The position numbers were made by a program, and so were the translations under genes. A stretch of DNA of 64,000 nt from Candidatus Latescibacterota bacterium (lineage in GTDB: Bacteria; Latescibacterota; CBDEFO01). Positions 29,080 through 38,277 of the stretch are shown piece by piece (positions within the stretch are counted from its first letter, which is position 1; every line of letters starts with the position of its first letter). The stretch is taken from assembly GCA_965237525.1 (NCBI GenBank), contig CBDEFO010000008.1, positions 1,792,001-1,856,000 of the forward strand. Direction: 5' to 3'. The notes beneath the pieces are model-generated. The model was given only the letters and a program-made list of their open reading frames with translations. It did not search any database and had not been told where the DNA came from.

Positions 29080-30453
29080 CTATCTATGCCTGACAGTATA
29101 CTGCAGTTTCTCCTCTCCTCCCGCCTTCACAGGAACCTTAAACTCCAGGGTCTGAGCGTCCTTCCTCTTAAAATCGTGAGACTTTTTGGGTATCTCCCAA
29201 AAACCCCATATGTGCTCTACCACTACGACCTCTATGTCTTCGTCCTTATGATTCCTTAAGGTTATCCCCACATCTTCGTCATAAATCCTATCTGTGATCT
29301 TCCTTCTATTTGCGACTATCCTCTCGCCTACAACGTCAAACGCATCGCCTAATATCAGCCGAACCTCTTCATCCAGGGGCGTATGATCTATCTTATCCTC
29401 CCCGATGAACTCCAGCGCCTCGTCCACATCTTTTTTGTAGACCCTCACTTTGCCGCCCGGAAGCGCCATCCCCAGTCCCGCTTTTTCGCTGTTTTTGAAT
29501 TCTAACTTCACCTTAACCTTTTTATCGTCTCTTGTTCCATCGTAGTAATAGACCTTTCTGGATTCCACCTCTGTGTTGGGAAATAGAGAAAGCTGTTTGA
29601 TCTGATTATCTTTGATAGTGGTCTTCCTGTCCAAAGAGTACAGGTGATACTCGAAAAAGGCCCTCTCCTCGAACTGAGGGACAGCGACCTTTGCCATAAC
29701 CTCGAAACGCCTCCTCCTGAACTCAAGCTTCTCCTTGACCCTGTGTACATCCCCCGCCACAAGCTTGACTTGCGCGTCCTTGTAATCCGTCCCGGAGCGA
29801 TTGTCTATCGTCACCCATCCCCCCAACTCGGTCTTCTTCTCATCTTTTCCCACAACGGCCACGTACTCAGCGTGCCATTCGATTCCCGATGTCAGGTAAC
29901 TTATCTCCCCTGAATGTTCGCCGGCCTTATCCGACTCCAAGAGCCACACTAAAGTCGGCTTTGTGATCAGTTCTACACCCTCGATCTGCTGCAATTGGAT
30001 ATTCTCAATCGTCTCTAATTTAACTATCCTGATCTGGTCTACCCCCATCAACACAATATCCCCGTCCTTGAAGCTGATCAGCGTGCCCTCGTGGAGGTTT
30101 TCTCCCTTTGCTAAAATGCTAACGTTTCTGTCCAGGTACTTCTCCAGGATCTTCATAGGACTAGATAGGTCGTATTCATAATTCTGTTCTAATATAGCCA
30201 CTCCATCGGGATCGGTAAGCGATTTAAAATGCACAGATGTGGGGTCTATGCTCGAAGCTACATCTGAAAACTTTACCAGGTTTGCCCCTTTCTCTAACTC
30301 TATCTTCCTTACCTCTTTGACCAACGCCAAGTCCTGATTGTAAACTGTCAGCGCTGTCGTCTCGTTTTGGGACTCTCCGGTTCCGCAGAAAAAGTGTAGC
30401 GATAAGAGTACCGCTGCAACGCGGAGTGGTCGCACCACTATCAAAGCACTCAT
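29080..30453 (-). CDS. Secreted DUF4139-domain protein
   Basis: Signal peptide; LTVYNQDLALVKE, IDPTSV, EQNYEYDL, FFEYHLY, GMALPGGKVRVY. Confidence 0.85.
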   Translation of the reverse strand: MSALIVVRPLRVAAVLLSLHFFCGTGESQNETTALTVYNQDLALVKEVRKIELEKGANLVKFSDVASSIDPTSVHFKSLTDPDGVAILEQNYEYDLSSPMKILEKYLDRNVSILAKGENLHEGTLISFKDGDIVLMGVDQIRIVKLETIENIQLQQIEGVELITKPTLVWLLESDKAGEHSGEISYLTSGIEWHAEYVAVVGKDEKKTELGGWVTIDNRSGTDYKDAQVKLVAGDVHRVKEKLEFRRRRFEVMAKVAVPQFEERAFFEYHLYSLDRKTTIKDNQIKQLSLFPNTEVESRKVYYYDGTRDDKKVKVKLEFKNSEKAGLGMALPGGKVRVYKKDVDEALEFIGEDKIDHTPLDEEVRLILGDAFDVVGERIVANRRKITDRIYDEDVGITLRNHKDEDIEVVVVEHIWGFWEIPKKSHDFKRKDAQTLEFKVPVKAGGEEKLQYTVRHR

Positions 30454-30501
30454 AGCTGTATGCCCTCTAAAACGATGTTAGTCGAAGTCTTTTATAAACT
30501 T

Positions 30502-30531
30502 AACATAACATTCCTGATACACAGTTGTCAA
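30502..30531 (-). promoter_or_regulatory. Possible sigma70 promoter just downstream of the attenuator
   Basis: TTGACA-N18-TATGTT with extended TG. Confidence 0.4.
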
Positions 30532-30542
30532 GGGAAATCAAC

Positions 30543-30578
30543 AAAAAAGCCGCAGGCATTCCAGTTATGCCCACGGCT
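30543..30578 (-). terminator. Intrinsic terminator of the leader (attenuator 3:4 helix)
   Basis: AGCCGTGGGCAT-7nt loop-ATGCCTGCGGCT followed by a U-tract. Confidence 0.85.
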
Positions 30579-30607
30579 TTTTATCTTCTGCTATATATAC
30601 AGCTATC

Positions 30608-30691
30608 TTAACTTACGAGCCATGGACATATTCCTCCCCAGCTATACCAGCGGCTGTAATAAATTCCGTAGAAAGGGAGTGAAAATGTCAT
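30608..30691 (-). CDS. Aromatic-rich leader peptide (27 aa)
   Basis: MTFSLPFYGIYYSRWYSWGGICPWLVS; AAAGGAG RBS; 9 of 27 codons are Phe/Tyr/Trp. Confidence 0.8.
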   Translation of the reverse strand: MTFSLPFYGIYYSRWYSWGGICPWLVS

Positions 30692-30755
30692 CAGGCTCTC
30701 CTTTTTCTCCAATGCCGTCCAAATTTGCTCTTTGACTGTGTGTTGCACTAGATAT

Positions 30756-30784
30756 ATAATAATCAATATCTGCCGCTTTGTCAA
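30756..30784 (-). promoter_or_regulatory. sigma70-type promoter of the leader/aromatic operon
   Basis: TTGACA-N17-TATTAT. Confidence 0.75.
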
Positions 30785-30832
30785 GGGGAACAGTATGAAG
30801 TTATATTCACCATAACCACATCTGATAATTTA

Positions 30833-32191
30833 TTATTTATTTTTATATAAAACTATTACCCTTCTGATATTTTCTAAATTTGTCATAGTTCCAATTAAAA
30901 TAAGAGTTAAGAGGGGCTGATTTATTAAGGCACCTACAAAAATAATAAATGTTCTAACATCACGACGTATTCTGAATGAAAAATCTTTTGAACCAATTCT
31001 TCTATTCAGCAGTCTATTCCTCAAACTATAATACTTGTCTGCAGTATAACTGTTCATAAAAGATCCCATTATTGCCAAAAAACCAATCGCAATGTACAAG
31101 AAATTATTATTCAAGAGATAAACATAATAAGTTAAACTAAATAAAAGAAATCCATCAGCATATCTATCCAATACTGCGTCAAACCATCCACCGAATGTCG
31201 TAGCTTGGAATGTTAGTCTTGCTACTTCACCATCACAGCCATCAACGATTGATGAGATTTGCGCAAGAATTCCGCCAATAACTAAATTAACATACCCACC
31301 TAAAAAGAAGAAATATGCACCCAACATAGAGATGATAAAAGGAAAAAAAGAAATAGAATTTGGACTTATGCTAGTTTTTACAAGATACTTTGAAATAATA
31401 ATTGATATAGGCCTATTTAAATACCTTGAAACAGGACCATCGGAAGTTTTTTTCAGATTAGTAATAAGCTTGTCGGATGCTTTTTTTAAATCGTCCTGCG
31501 TATCTATATCTGTCCACCAAAGCTCGATGTTTTTTCTCATCTTTGAGGGGTAACTTTCGATCTTGGTAATATCAAATATCTCAGCGTCTCCATTTTTGGC
31601 GGCTTTTTTGATACTGTCCCTAAGTTCTCCTTTTTTCTCATTTGCCGCCTCTTCTATATAAGAAAATATCTTCGGTGAACATAAAAAGATGCCCGTATCT
31701 ACGCAGTTTGACTCCCTTATGTTCTTGCCTATATCGACGATCTTCCCATTTCTTTCCAGGACTTTCGTATCCTCTTTGCACGGCTCTTTTCTATCGACTG
31801 CTAAAACCACAGAACTTTTCATATCACATTTTACAAGTTCATTTAAGATACGATCATCAAAGATATGGTCTGACATCAACAGGACAAAGTTCTCATTCAA
31901 CGCCTCTTTGGCCTTTAAAACGGAGGCTCCATTTTCTTCCTTTTGCCATTCTTTATTCTGAATATAATCTATTTTTACTCCGAGTCTCTCTCCGTCTCCT
32001 AACTTTTCTTTTATTTTGTCCCCACGATAACCGACAACTATCAAAAATTCGTGAATATCCGCTTGTTTTGCAGTTAATACTGTTCTTTCAATCAATGATA
32101 AACCTAAGAGTTGGATTAGCGGTTTTGGTTTATCTGTAGTTAGATCGCCTAATCTACCACCGTCCCCAGCGGCTATTATCAACGCTTCCAT
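30833..32191 (-). CDS. Bifunctional inositol-1-P cytidylyltransferase / CDP-alcohol phosphotransferase (IPCT/DIPPS-like)
   Basis: IIAAGDGGRL..KPKPL NTP-transferase domain plus DGPVSRYLNRPIS and DGCDGEVAR...GGWFDAVLD signature; AT-rich. Confidence 0.85.
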   Translation of the reverse strand: MEALIIAAGDGGRLGDLTTDKPKPLIQLLGLSLIERTVLTAKQADIHEFLIVVGYRGDKIKEKLGDGERLGVKIDYIQNKEWQKEENGASVLKAKEALNENFVLLMSDHIFDDRILNELVKCDMKSSVVLAVDRKEPCKEDTKVLERNGKIVDIGKNIRESNCVDTGIFLCSPKIFSYIEEAANEKKGELRDSIKKAAKNGDAEIFDITKIESYPSKMRKNIELWWTDIDTQDDLKKASDKLITNLKKTSDGPVSRYLNRPISIIISKYLVKTSISPNSISFFPFIISMLGAYFFFLGGYVNLVIGGILAQISSIVDGCDGEVARLTFQATTFGGWFDAVLDRYADGFLLFSLTYYVYLLNNNFLYIAIGFLAIMGSFMNSYTADKYYSLRNRLLNRRIGSKDFSFRIRRDVRTFIIFVGALINQPLLTLILIGTMTNLENIRRVIVLYKNK

Positions 32192-32399
32192 ACTTGTCCT
32201 CCTTCAAGCCTTTCAAAATATTCCTCTGATTCTTATAGGAAGATACGAAATGAGGTGTTTGATGTCAATAGAGACTGGGGGGAATAATCCGTTGGCCAAT
32301 CTTTTTTTCTCCTCTCAACGACTACTCATTGTCCTCCCTGACTTCCCATGGAACACTCTCGACGGCGGTTCTCTGAACTCTACAGAGGGTATCCTTGCA

Positions 32400-32685
32400 G
32401 AGTATAGGGCACTACCCAATCCTCTTCAATCTCCAGGCCGAAATCTCCAGGCCGAATCCCGGTCCGTCAGTTGGGACGATATAGCTGTCTAATGGACTCC
32501 GGTAAAACTCTCTTCCCAATCCCCACATCTGGTCTTCGACCGTCACCTTCACCCAGACATCTCCGAACTTGGACGTCCAGCTTCGTTGGCGTCTCTTGCA
32601 CGTGGGATACCTCGACAGGGGAGTTGGGACCTCGGAGTCTTCCGCTCAGAACGTACACCTCAGCTATCTCATTGGTCCTTCTCAT
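32400..32685 (-). pseudogene. Internally deleted enolase-superfamily (rhamnonate dehydratase-like) gene
   Basis: Fragments EVPTPLSRYP...SWTSKFGDVWVKVTVEDQMWGLG (N-term) and YIVPTDGPGFGLEI/EEDWVVPY (C-term) within ~290 bp. Confidence 0.55.
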
Positions 32686-32693
32686 GGAGAGCC

Positions 32694-33614
32694 TTAACGT
32701 TCACTGTCTCTATCTTCTTGATCTTCCTTATTCTCTCCTTGCCTTGTTAATGTCTGGATGAACCTCTCAGCCGGAACAGTAAGGACTTTTCCCCTTTTAT
32801 GGATGATTCCAAGCGGTCGCTTGAACCTCTTATCTTTGAAATCTATCGCCTTGAGCGTACCGTGCTGGATCTCCTTCTCCACCGTTACCGATGGGACAAT
32901 GGACACTCCTGAGTCAGCTTCAACGGCATGCTTTAGCGTCTCCACATTATCGATCTCCATGGTAATCTCAACTTGAACCTTATGGTCTTTCAGGATCTTG
33001 TCCACCACCCTCCTTGTGGGAGTGTCCTTCTCGAACGCCACGAATCTCTGTCCCTGCAACATCTCCACGTCTAACTTATCAAATCTTGATAGAGCATGGT
33101 CGGGATTGGATATGACCACTAACTCATCCTCCTTAAAAGGAATTATCTCGATCCCGCCTTTTCTGACCGGATAGACTACTATCCCCAAATCGATCTTGTT
33201 ATTTATCACGTTTTCGTATATCTGATCTGCCCGGTCGTAATCCAGGATCACGTCTACCTGAGGATACCTCCTGAAAAATGTCTTCAGATACGATGAAAGC
33301 TCGTGTATCCCAACGCTGTATATAGCCTCCATCTTTATTGTCCCTGTAACCACGCCCGATAGCTCTTGAAGCGCAGCTTCCAGCTCATCGTATCTTTGAA
33401 CTATATCCTTACACCCCTTATAGAAAATCTCCCCCGCAGGAGTCAAATTCAGACCGCGTTTTCCTCTCTCCACAAGCTTATGACCGAACGCCTCCTCAGC
33501 CTTCTTTAACTGCTGACTTACAGCCGACTGGGAGATGAAATTGCTGCTTGCGGCCCTGGAAAAGCTTCCGCTCTCGACCAGATCGCAGAAGATCTTCAGA
33601 CTCTCTATAAGCAT
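32694..33614 (-). CDS. LysR-family transcriptional regulator (CysL/CbbR-like)
   Basis: SFSRAASSNFISQSAVSQQLK HTH plus substrate-binding domain. Confidence 0.95.
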   Translation of the reverse strand: MLIESLKIFCDLVESGSFSRAASSNFISQSAVSQQLKKAEEAFGHKLVERGKRGLNLTPAGEIFYKGCKDIVQRYDELEAALQELSGVVTGTIKMEAIYSVGIHELSSYLKTFFRRYPQVDVILDYDRADQIYENVINNKIDLGIVVYPVRKGGIEIIPFKEDELVVISNPDHALSRFDKLDVEMLQGQRFVAFEKDTPTRRVVDKILKDHKVQVEITMEIDNVETLKHAVEADSGVSIVPSVTVEKEIQHGTLKAIDFKDKRFKRPLGIIHKRGKVLTVPAERFIQTLTRQGENKEDQEDRDSER

Positions 33615-33703
33615 CGTTAAGCACCTATTTCTAAGCGTATTTAAAGCGCGCTATAGCTCTACATTTGGGCTAATAGTGTCAGACTCTAAGGGATCGCCTA
33701 ATA

Positions 33704-33750
33704 TTAGTTTACTTAATAATAAGTATTAAATCAATTAATTTGACTTATAA
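33704..33750. promoter_or_regulatory. Putative LysR operator in the divergent promoter
   Basis: ATTA-N7-TAAT (T-N11-A) followed by a second AT-rich half-site. Confidence 0.45.
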
Positions 33751-33833
33751 TACCAATTATGATAACTTTATTTATAAGCAATACAGAGAGCGGACACTTC
33801 AAACCTTAAATAATATAGAAGAGGTGAAAAACT

Positions 33834-33929
33834 GTGAAATCACACATGCTGATAGAGCATATAAGCCTGGTTGCACTTATATCAGCGTTTGCGCTGTATG
33901 CCTTCCACAGCGTTGCTGTCTTGTTCTAG
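33834..33929 (+). CDS. 31-aa hydrophobic peptide, copy 1
   Basis: GTG start, GAGGTGA RBS; MKSHMLIEHISLVALISAFALYAFHSVAVLF. Confidence 0.7.
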   Translation: MKSHMLIEHISLVALISAFALYAFHSVAVLF

Positions 33930-33966
33930 TGCATAAGGCTTCAACGCCAATCTTACAGAAGGTGGG

Positions 33967-34001
33967 AAGCTCCGGCCCTTGGGTCGGAGCTTTTCCATTT
34001 T
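33967..34001 (+). terminator. Intrinsic terminator after peptide 1 (near-copy at 34861-34895)
   Basis: AAGCTCCGGCCC-TT-GGGTCGGAGCTT followed by TTCCATTTT. Confidence 0.7.
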
Positions 34002-34014
34002 CTCTCCCACACCT

Positions 34015-34218
34015 TCCGTAGAGTATCCTCCTGCTGGTTTCAAGTTCAGAACGTTTTTCCTCTCTACACAGCGTAATACCGAACGCCTTCTGTATATTCT
34101 TTATCTGCTGACTGACAGCCGACTGGGAGACGATATTGCTGGTTGGCGCCCTGGAAAAGCTTCCGCTCTCGACCAGATCGCAGAAGATCGTCAGACTCTC
34201 TATAAGCATCATAAGCAT
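34015..34218 (-). pseudogene. Duplicated lysR 5' fragment
   Basis: MLIESLTIFCDLVESGSFSRA...SQSAVSQQIK then frameshift; a further decayed copy at ~34910-35063. Confidence 0.85.
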
Positions 34219-34541
34219 CTTTAGGTGCTAATTCCAATATGAAATGTACAGTGCCGCCATATTTTCATAATGAAATGTTTCTATTGCATTGCGCATCTAC
34301 AAGCGCGGTATGACTCGATATTCAGGTGATTACCATAAGTAAACTAAAGGGATGTAACTCTATGTTATTAAACTATTTGCTCTGACGAGATATAAGGAAT
34401 AGAATATGACCTTTTACGATTAGAGGCTGCTGTTCAACCGTCGGCACAAATGTTGCTCAACATAGCTATTACACGGTACAAAAAAGACGGTACAAAACAC
34501 AGACAATTCAAACTTTAAATCATTAAGGGAGGTGAAAGACA

Positions 34542-34637
34542 GTGAAATTACTAATGCTGATAGAAGGTATAAGTCTGATTGTGGCAATAGCAGCGTTTGA
34601 GATGTATGCCTACGACAGCATCTCTGCCCTGTTCTAA
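34542..34637 (+). CDS. 31-aa hydrophobic peptide, copy 2
   Basis: GGGAGGTGA RBS; MKLLMLIEGISLIVAIAAFEMYAYDSISALF. Confidence 0.7.
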   Translation: MKLLMLIEGISLIVAIAAFEMYAYDSISALF

Positions 34638-34727
34638 CCCATCAGGGTTGTAGATTGCTCTAATATTATTGAGCTGCACGAAGCACAGACAATTCAACTT
34701 TAAATCATAGAAAGGGGGTGAAAAACT

Positions 34728-34823
34728 GTGAAATCACAGATGCTGATAGAGCATACAAGCCTGGTTGCACTTATATCAGCGTTTGAGATGTATGCCTACA
34801 ACAGCGTCGCTGCCTTGTTCTAA
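34728..34823 (+). CDS. 31-aa hydrophobic peptide, copy 3
   Basis: GGGGGTGA RBS; MKSQMLIEHTSLVALISAFEMYAYNSVAALF. Confidence 0.7.
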   Translation: MKSQMLIEHTSLVALISAFEMYAYNSVAALF

Positions 34824-35063
34824 TGCATAAGGCTTCAACTCCAATCTTACAGAAGGTGGTAAGCTGCGGCCCTTGGGTCGGAGCTTTTCCATTTTCTCTC
34901 CCACATCTTCCGTAGCGTATCCTCCTGCTGGTTTCAAGTTCAGACCGTTTTTCCCCTCTCCACAAGCTTATGGCCTAACGCCTTCTGTATATTCTTTCTC
35001 TGCTGACTGACAGCCGACTTGGAGACAGAATTGCAGCTTGCTGGCGCGAAGCACTTCCGCTCT

Positions 35064-35345
35064 TGTAGGTTCATGCTTCCGAGGGATGATTGTAGACGCT
35101 TCTTGTTGTAGTCCTCAATCCATTGGGATATGATATGATCTGTTCGAAGGACTCCAAACGGTTAGACCAAACACACTTTTTATTCAGGTTCCAGAAAAAA
35201 CGTTTCCCGTTGCCCACTCATACGCCTGCGACTGGCCGATGCCATTTTCCCGATACATCCGCTCTTTCCAAAAGAGTCAACACGACCTGTGCCTTTCTAA
35301 ATGCTGTCCAACTCTAACTATCTTTCGCTACAGGGATTGACATCT
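35064..35345 (-). mobile_element. IS3-family remnant (orfA stub fused to end of orfB)
   Basis: Fragments WTAFRKAQVVL / RENGIGQSQAYEW (HTH) and RFFWNLNKKCVWSNRLESFEQ / IISQWIEDYNKKRLQSSLG (rve C-terminus). Confidence 0.55.
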
Positions 35346-35546
35346 TTTTGACCTCCTTTCCCCGATAACCTCACTCGGGGACAAGCCTCAAACCCCAATT
35401 TGCATAATATCTGTGGATTTGTCAAGAGCAACAGTGTGACACATGCTTTGCTTCTATATTATCTTGACATTCAAAACTATCAGTTGTATTTTGGTTATGC
35501 GCCACAGAATATGCACTACTCTTATGCTTCCGGGGAAAGGTCGCCT

Positions 35547-36386
35547 TTGAGAACACTTATCGCGCTCATACAACTTACAAGACCCTTAAACTGTCTGATC
35601 TGTTTTTTCTCCGTGATCGTAGGCGCAGCAGCGTCGGGGACTATAGCTTCGCCTCTTAAAGCTATCGTTGCCGCCTTTTCTGCAACTCTTATCGCCGCGG
35701 CTGGCAATGGCTTTAACGACCTTTCTGACGTGGAAGCCGACAGGATAGATAAACCCCACCGTCCTATACCGTCCGAGGTAGTAACAAAGCGCACCGCTTC
35801 TATTCAATCTACGCTGCTCTTCATCGGCGGTATGCTCCTGTCGTTCCTTATAAATAAAGGGGCAGTTGTCGTAGTTTTTGCAACAACTCTTCTTCTGATT
35901 CAATATAGCATTAGATTAAAATCTATTCCGCTGGTGGGTAATTTTACGGTCAGTTGCGTTGCAGCTTTAGCCTTTGTCTACGGGGGACTTTCTACAGGAA
36001 GCATATACGCATCCTTTATACCCGCACTATTTGCCATCCTTTTCCACCTTGGACGGGAGATCATCAAAGACGTAGAAGACATCCAGGGGGACATGCACTC
36101 CAATTATTCCACTTTCCCCGTTATCAAAGGCAAAAAAGCGGCGTTTGCAGCCGCTACCGCCGTCTACACTATGCTTATGCTTCTGACTCTTGTGCCCTAC
36201 CCGCTTCGCATCTACGGTTCGGCCTATCTAGTCATCGTGGTTGTGGGGGTGCATCCTGTGCTCATATATGTTATCAGATCTATGTGGAAGGATGATTCCT
36301 CCGCCAACCTCAAAAGACTCAGCACTATCCTCAAAGCTGATATGGTCGTCGGTCTTGTTGCTGTCCTTGTTGGAGCTAACGTCTGA
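35547..36386 (+). CDS. UbiA prenyltransferase, DGGGP-synthase-like
   Basis: TRPLN, GNGFNDLSDVEADRIDKPHRPIPS, REIIKDVEDIQGD. Probable TTG start 35547 (track 35400). Confidence 0.85.
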   Translation: MRTLIALIQLTRPLNCLICFFSVIVGAAASGTIASPLKAIVAAFSATLIAAAGNGFNDLSDVEADRIDKPHRPIPSEVVTKRTASIQSTLLFIGGMLLSFLINKGAVVVVFATTLLLIQYSIRLKSIPLVGNFTVSCVAALAFVYGGLSTGSIYASFIPALFAILFHLGREIIKDVEDIQGDMHSNYSTFPVIKGKKAAFAAATAVYTMLMLLTLVPYPLRIYGSAYLVIVVVGVHPVLIYVIRSMWKDDSSANLKRLSTILKADMVVGLVAVLVGANV

Positions 36387-36388
36387 AG

Positions 36389-37219
36389 TTGGAGAGCCAG
36401 TTGGAGAAGGTCTCTGGATTCTGGATAGGTCTCATACTTGCTGCTTTAGTAGCCACTCTTTCATACAGAGTCCGATTTCTGACTGTCAGTGGCTCAGTCG
36501 GAGCGCTTGTTTTAGGAACTGTTATCTTCGGATTGGGAGGACTGCCATGGGTTTTTGCTCTTCTTGTCTTTTTCTTGGCATCAAGTCTCCTATCCAAACT
36601 CGGCGCAAAGAGGAAAAAGGATTTCAGGGCTGTCTTTGAAAAGGCATCGACTAGGGATCTTGCCCAGGTTCTGGCCAACGGAGGCGTCCCCGGGGCTATA
36701 GTGCTAGCGAACGCTCTTTTGCCATCTCCGATCTGGTGTACAGCATATTTAGGGGCCCTTGGCACTGCCACAGCAGACACGTGGGGGACAGAGATAGGCA
36801 TCCTCTCGGTCTCCCGCCCTCGTCTTATAACTGACCTCAAAACAGTTGATCCCGGAACATCGGGAGCCGTTTCTTTTATTGGACTTACAGGGTCCGTTCT
36901 CGGTTCTCTCCTTATCGCCTCTACGGGATTGGCCTTTTACCCCTATTTGAATGTCCTGAACTTGACAGCTATCTGGCTTGCTGGAATTGCAGGGGCCCTC
37001 GCAGACAGTCTGTTGGGAGCGACTCTACAGCGGGAATATACATGCCCCAAATGTCTCCAACAGACAGAGCGCCCTTTTCACTGTGAAGAAACGTCCTGTC
37101 GTTTAACTTCTGGGATAAGCTGGCTTGGAAATGATGCTGTCAATGCCCTATCGTCCCTCTATGGAGCCATCTTTGCCTTGATAGTAGATAGGCTATTAGA
37201 CCTGTTTATTTGCCTCTAA
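36389..37219 (+). CDS. DUF92/TMEM19 membrane protein
   Basis: RDLAQVLANGG, ADTWGTEIG, PGTSGAVS, DSLLGATLQ, NDAVN. Confidence 0.9.
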   Translation: MESQLEKVSGFWIGLILAALVATLSYRVRFLTVSGSVGALVLGTVIFGLGGLPWVFALLVFFLASSLLSKLGAKRKKDFRAVFEKASTRDLAQVLANGGVPGAIVLANALLPSPIWCTAYLGALGTATADTWGTEIGILSVSRPRLITDLKTVDPGTSGAVSFIGLTGSVLGSLLIASTGLAFYPYLNVLNLTAIWLAGIAGALADSLLGATLQREYTCPKCLQQTERPFHCEETSCRLTSGISWLGNDAVNALSSLYGAIFALIVDRLLDLFICL

Positions 37220-37245
37220 AAGTTTGCGAAGACATATCTTTTTAC

Positions 37246-37274
37246 TTGACATAAGTTTCATATTGTATTATGAT
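37246..37274 (+). promoter_or_regulatory. sigma70-type promoter for HU gene
   Basis: TTGACA-N17-TATGAT. Confidence 0.7.
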
Positions 37275-37394
37275 TATGGAAGCACTGAATAGAGGTTGAA
37301 ATTAGGGGTACTGAAGCAGTAGGGATGAAAAATTGAGCAGGTGATAGGAATGTCCGAAAAGTAATGGAGAGGATTAAAAAGAAAGGAACCGCTT

Positions 37395-37688
37395 GTGACA
37401 ACGACTAAGAAGGATCTCGCTATAAGAGTCAGCAAGGATACAGGTTGTAAGAAGAGTTTAGCTGCCGATATGGTCCAGAGCTTATTCGATGCAATGAGAG
37501 AAAGCCTTGAAAAAGGAGATAGAATAGAGATCAGAGGCTTCGGAGTCTTTCAGGTTAAGAACACCAGACCCAAGCCTGCTGCAAGGAATCCAAGAACAGG
37601 AGAAAGGATCCGCGTTCCCGCACGTCGCAAGACCCACTTTAAACCCGGCAAGCTTCTCAAAGACACACTCCACCAGTCGATAGAGTAG
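37395..37688 (+). CDS. HU/IHF-family DNA-binding protein
   Basis: IEIRGFGVF, ARNPRTGE, FKPGK. Confidence 0.93.
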   Translation: MTTTKKDLAIRVSKDTGCKKSLAADMVQSLFDAMRESLEKGDRIEIRGFGVFQVKNTRPKPAARNPRTGERIRVPARRKTHFKPGKLLKDTLHQSIE

Positions 37689-37851
37689 CGGAGAGTCAAT
37701 GTGTTTTTTCCCCAGAAAAGGTTCTTCCCCGATAGAATCAATCGGGGATGGCGAGCGCGCCTTCGATCTTTTGGGGTCTCCTTCTCTCCAAAGGAATCTC
37801 TCCATGCACAGTAGGGTGTAATCGCCAGACTCGCTTGAGAGGGAACTGACA

Positions 37852-38277
37852 GTGGACGACCCTGCTGTAATATTACCGCTTTTGGTATTCAGCTTGTTTA
37901 TTTTGATGGTCTTCGGATTTCACACGCTTATAAGTGAATATGTCGAGTGGGCAATTGGAGGTGTCCTGCTTGCTATATTGGCATCCGAAGCGTGGCGTAT
38001 CTTCAAGGACAGGCAGTTAAACAAATTGAAAAGTAAAGCAGAGATAGCTGCAGAAAAGAGCGAGTATAATCGGCTTATGGAGGAGTCCTAAACCTATCTG
38101 GATAAAGGACGAATAGACGAAGCCCGTGATCTTTGCAACAGAGCCGCCCTACTGACAGAGGACGAATCTATAATTGCAAAAAGATATGAGGAGACGGGAG
38201 ATGTGCTTATGCTGTTAGGAGAGTTTGGGAAAGCCAAAGAATGTTTTCAAAAGGGCATTCGTCTTCTCGACGGATAA
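37852..38277 (+). pseudogene. Membrane-anchored TPR protein with in-frame TAA at 38089
   Basis: Frame continues past the stop: TYLDKGRIDEARDLCNRA...YEETGDVLMLLGEFGKAKECFQKGIRL. Confidence 0.6.

Noticed and set aside
33877..34965. Track ORFs 33877-34218 and 34771-34965 as functional genes
   Set aside because: They are frameshifted lysR fragments reading antisense through the terminators and peptide ORFs.
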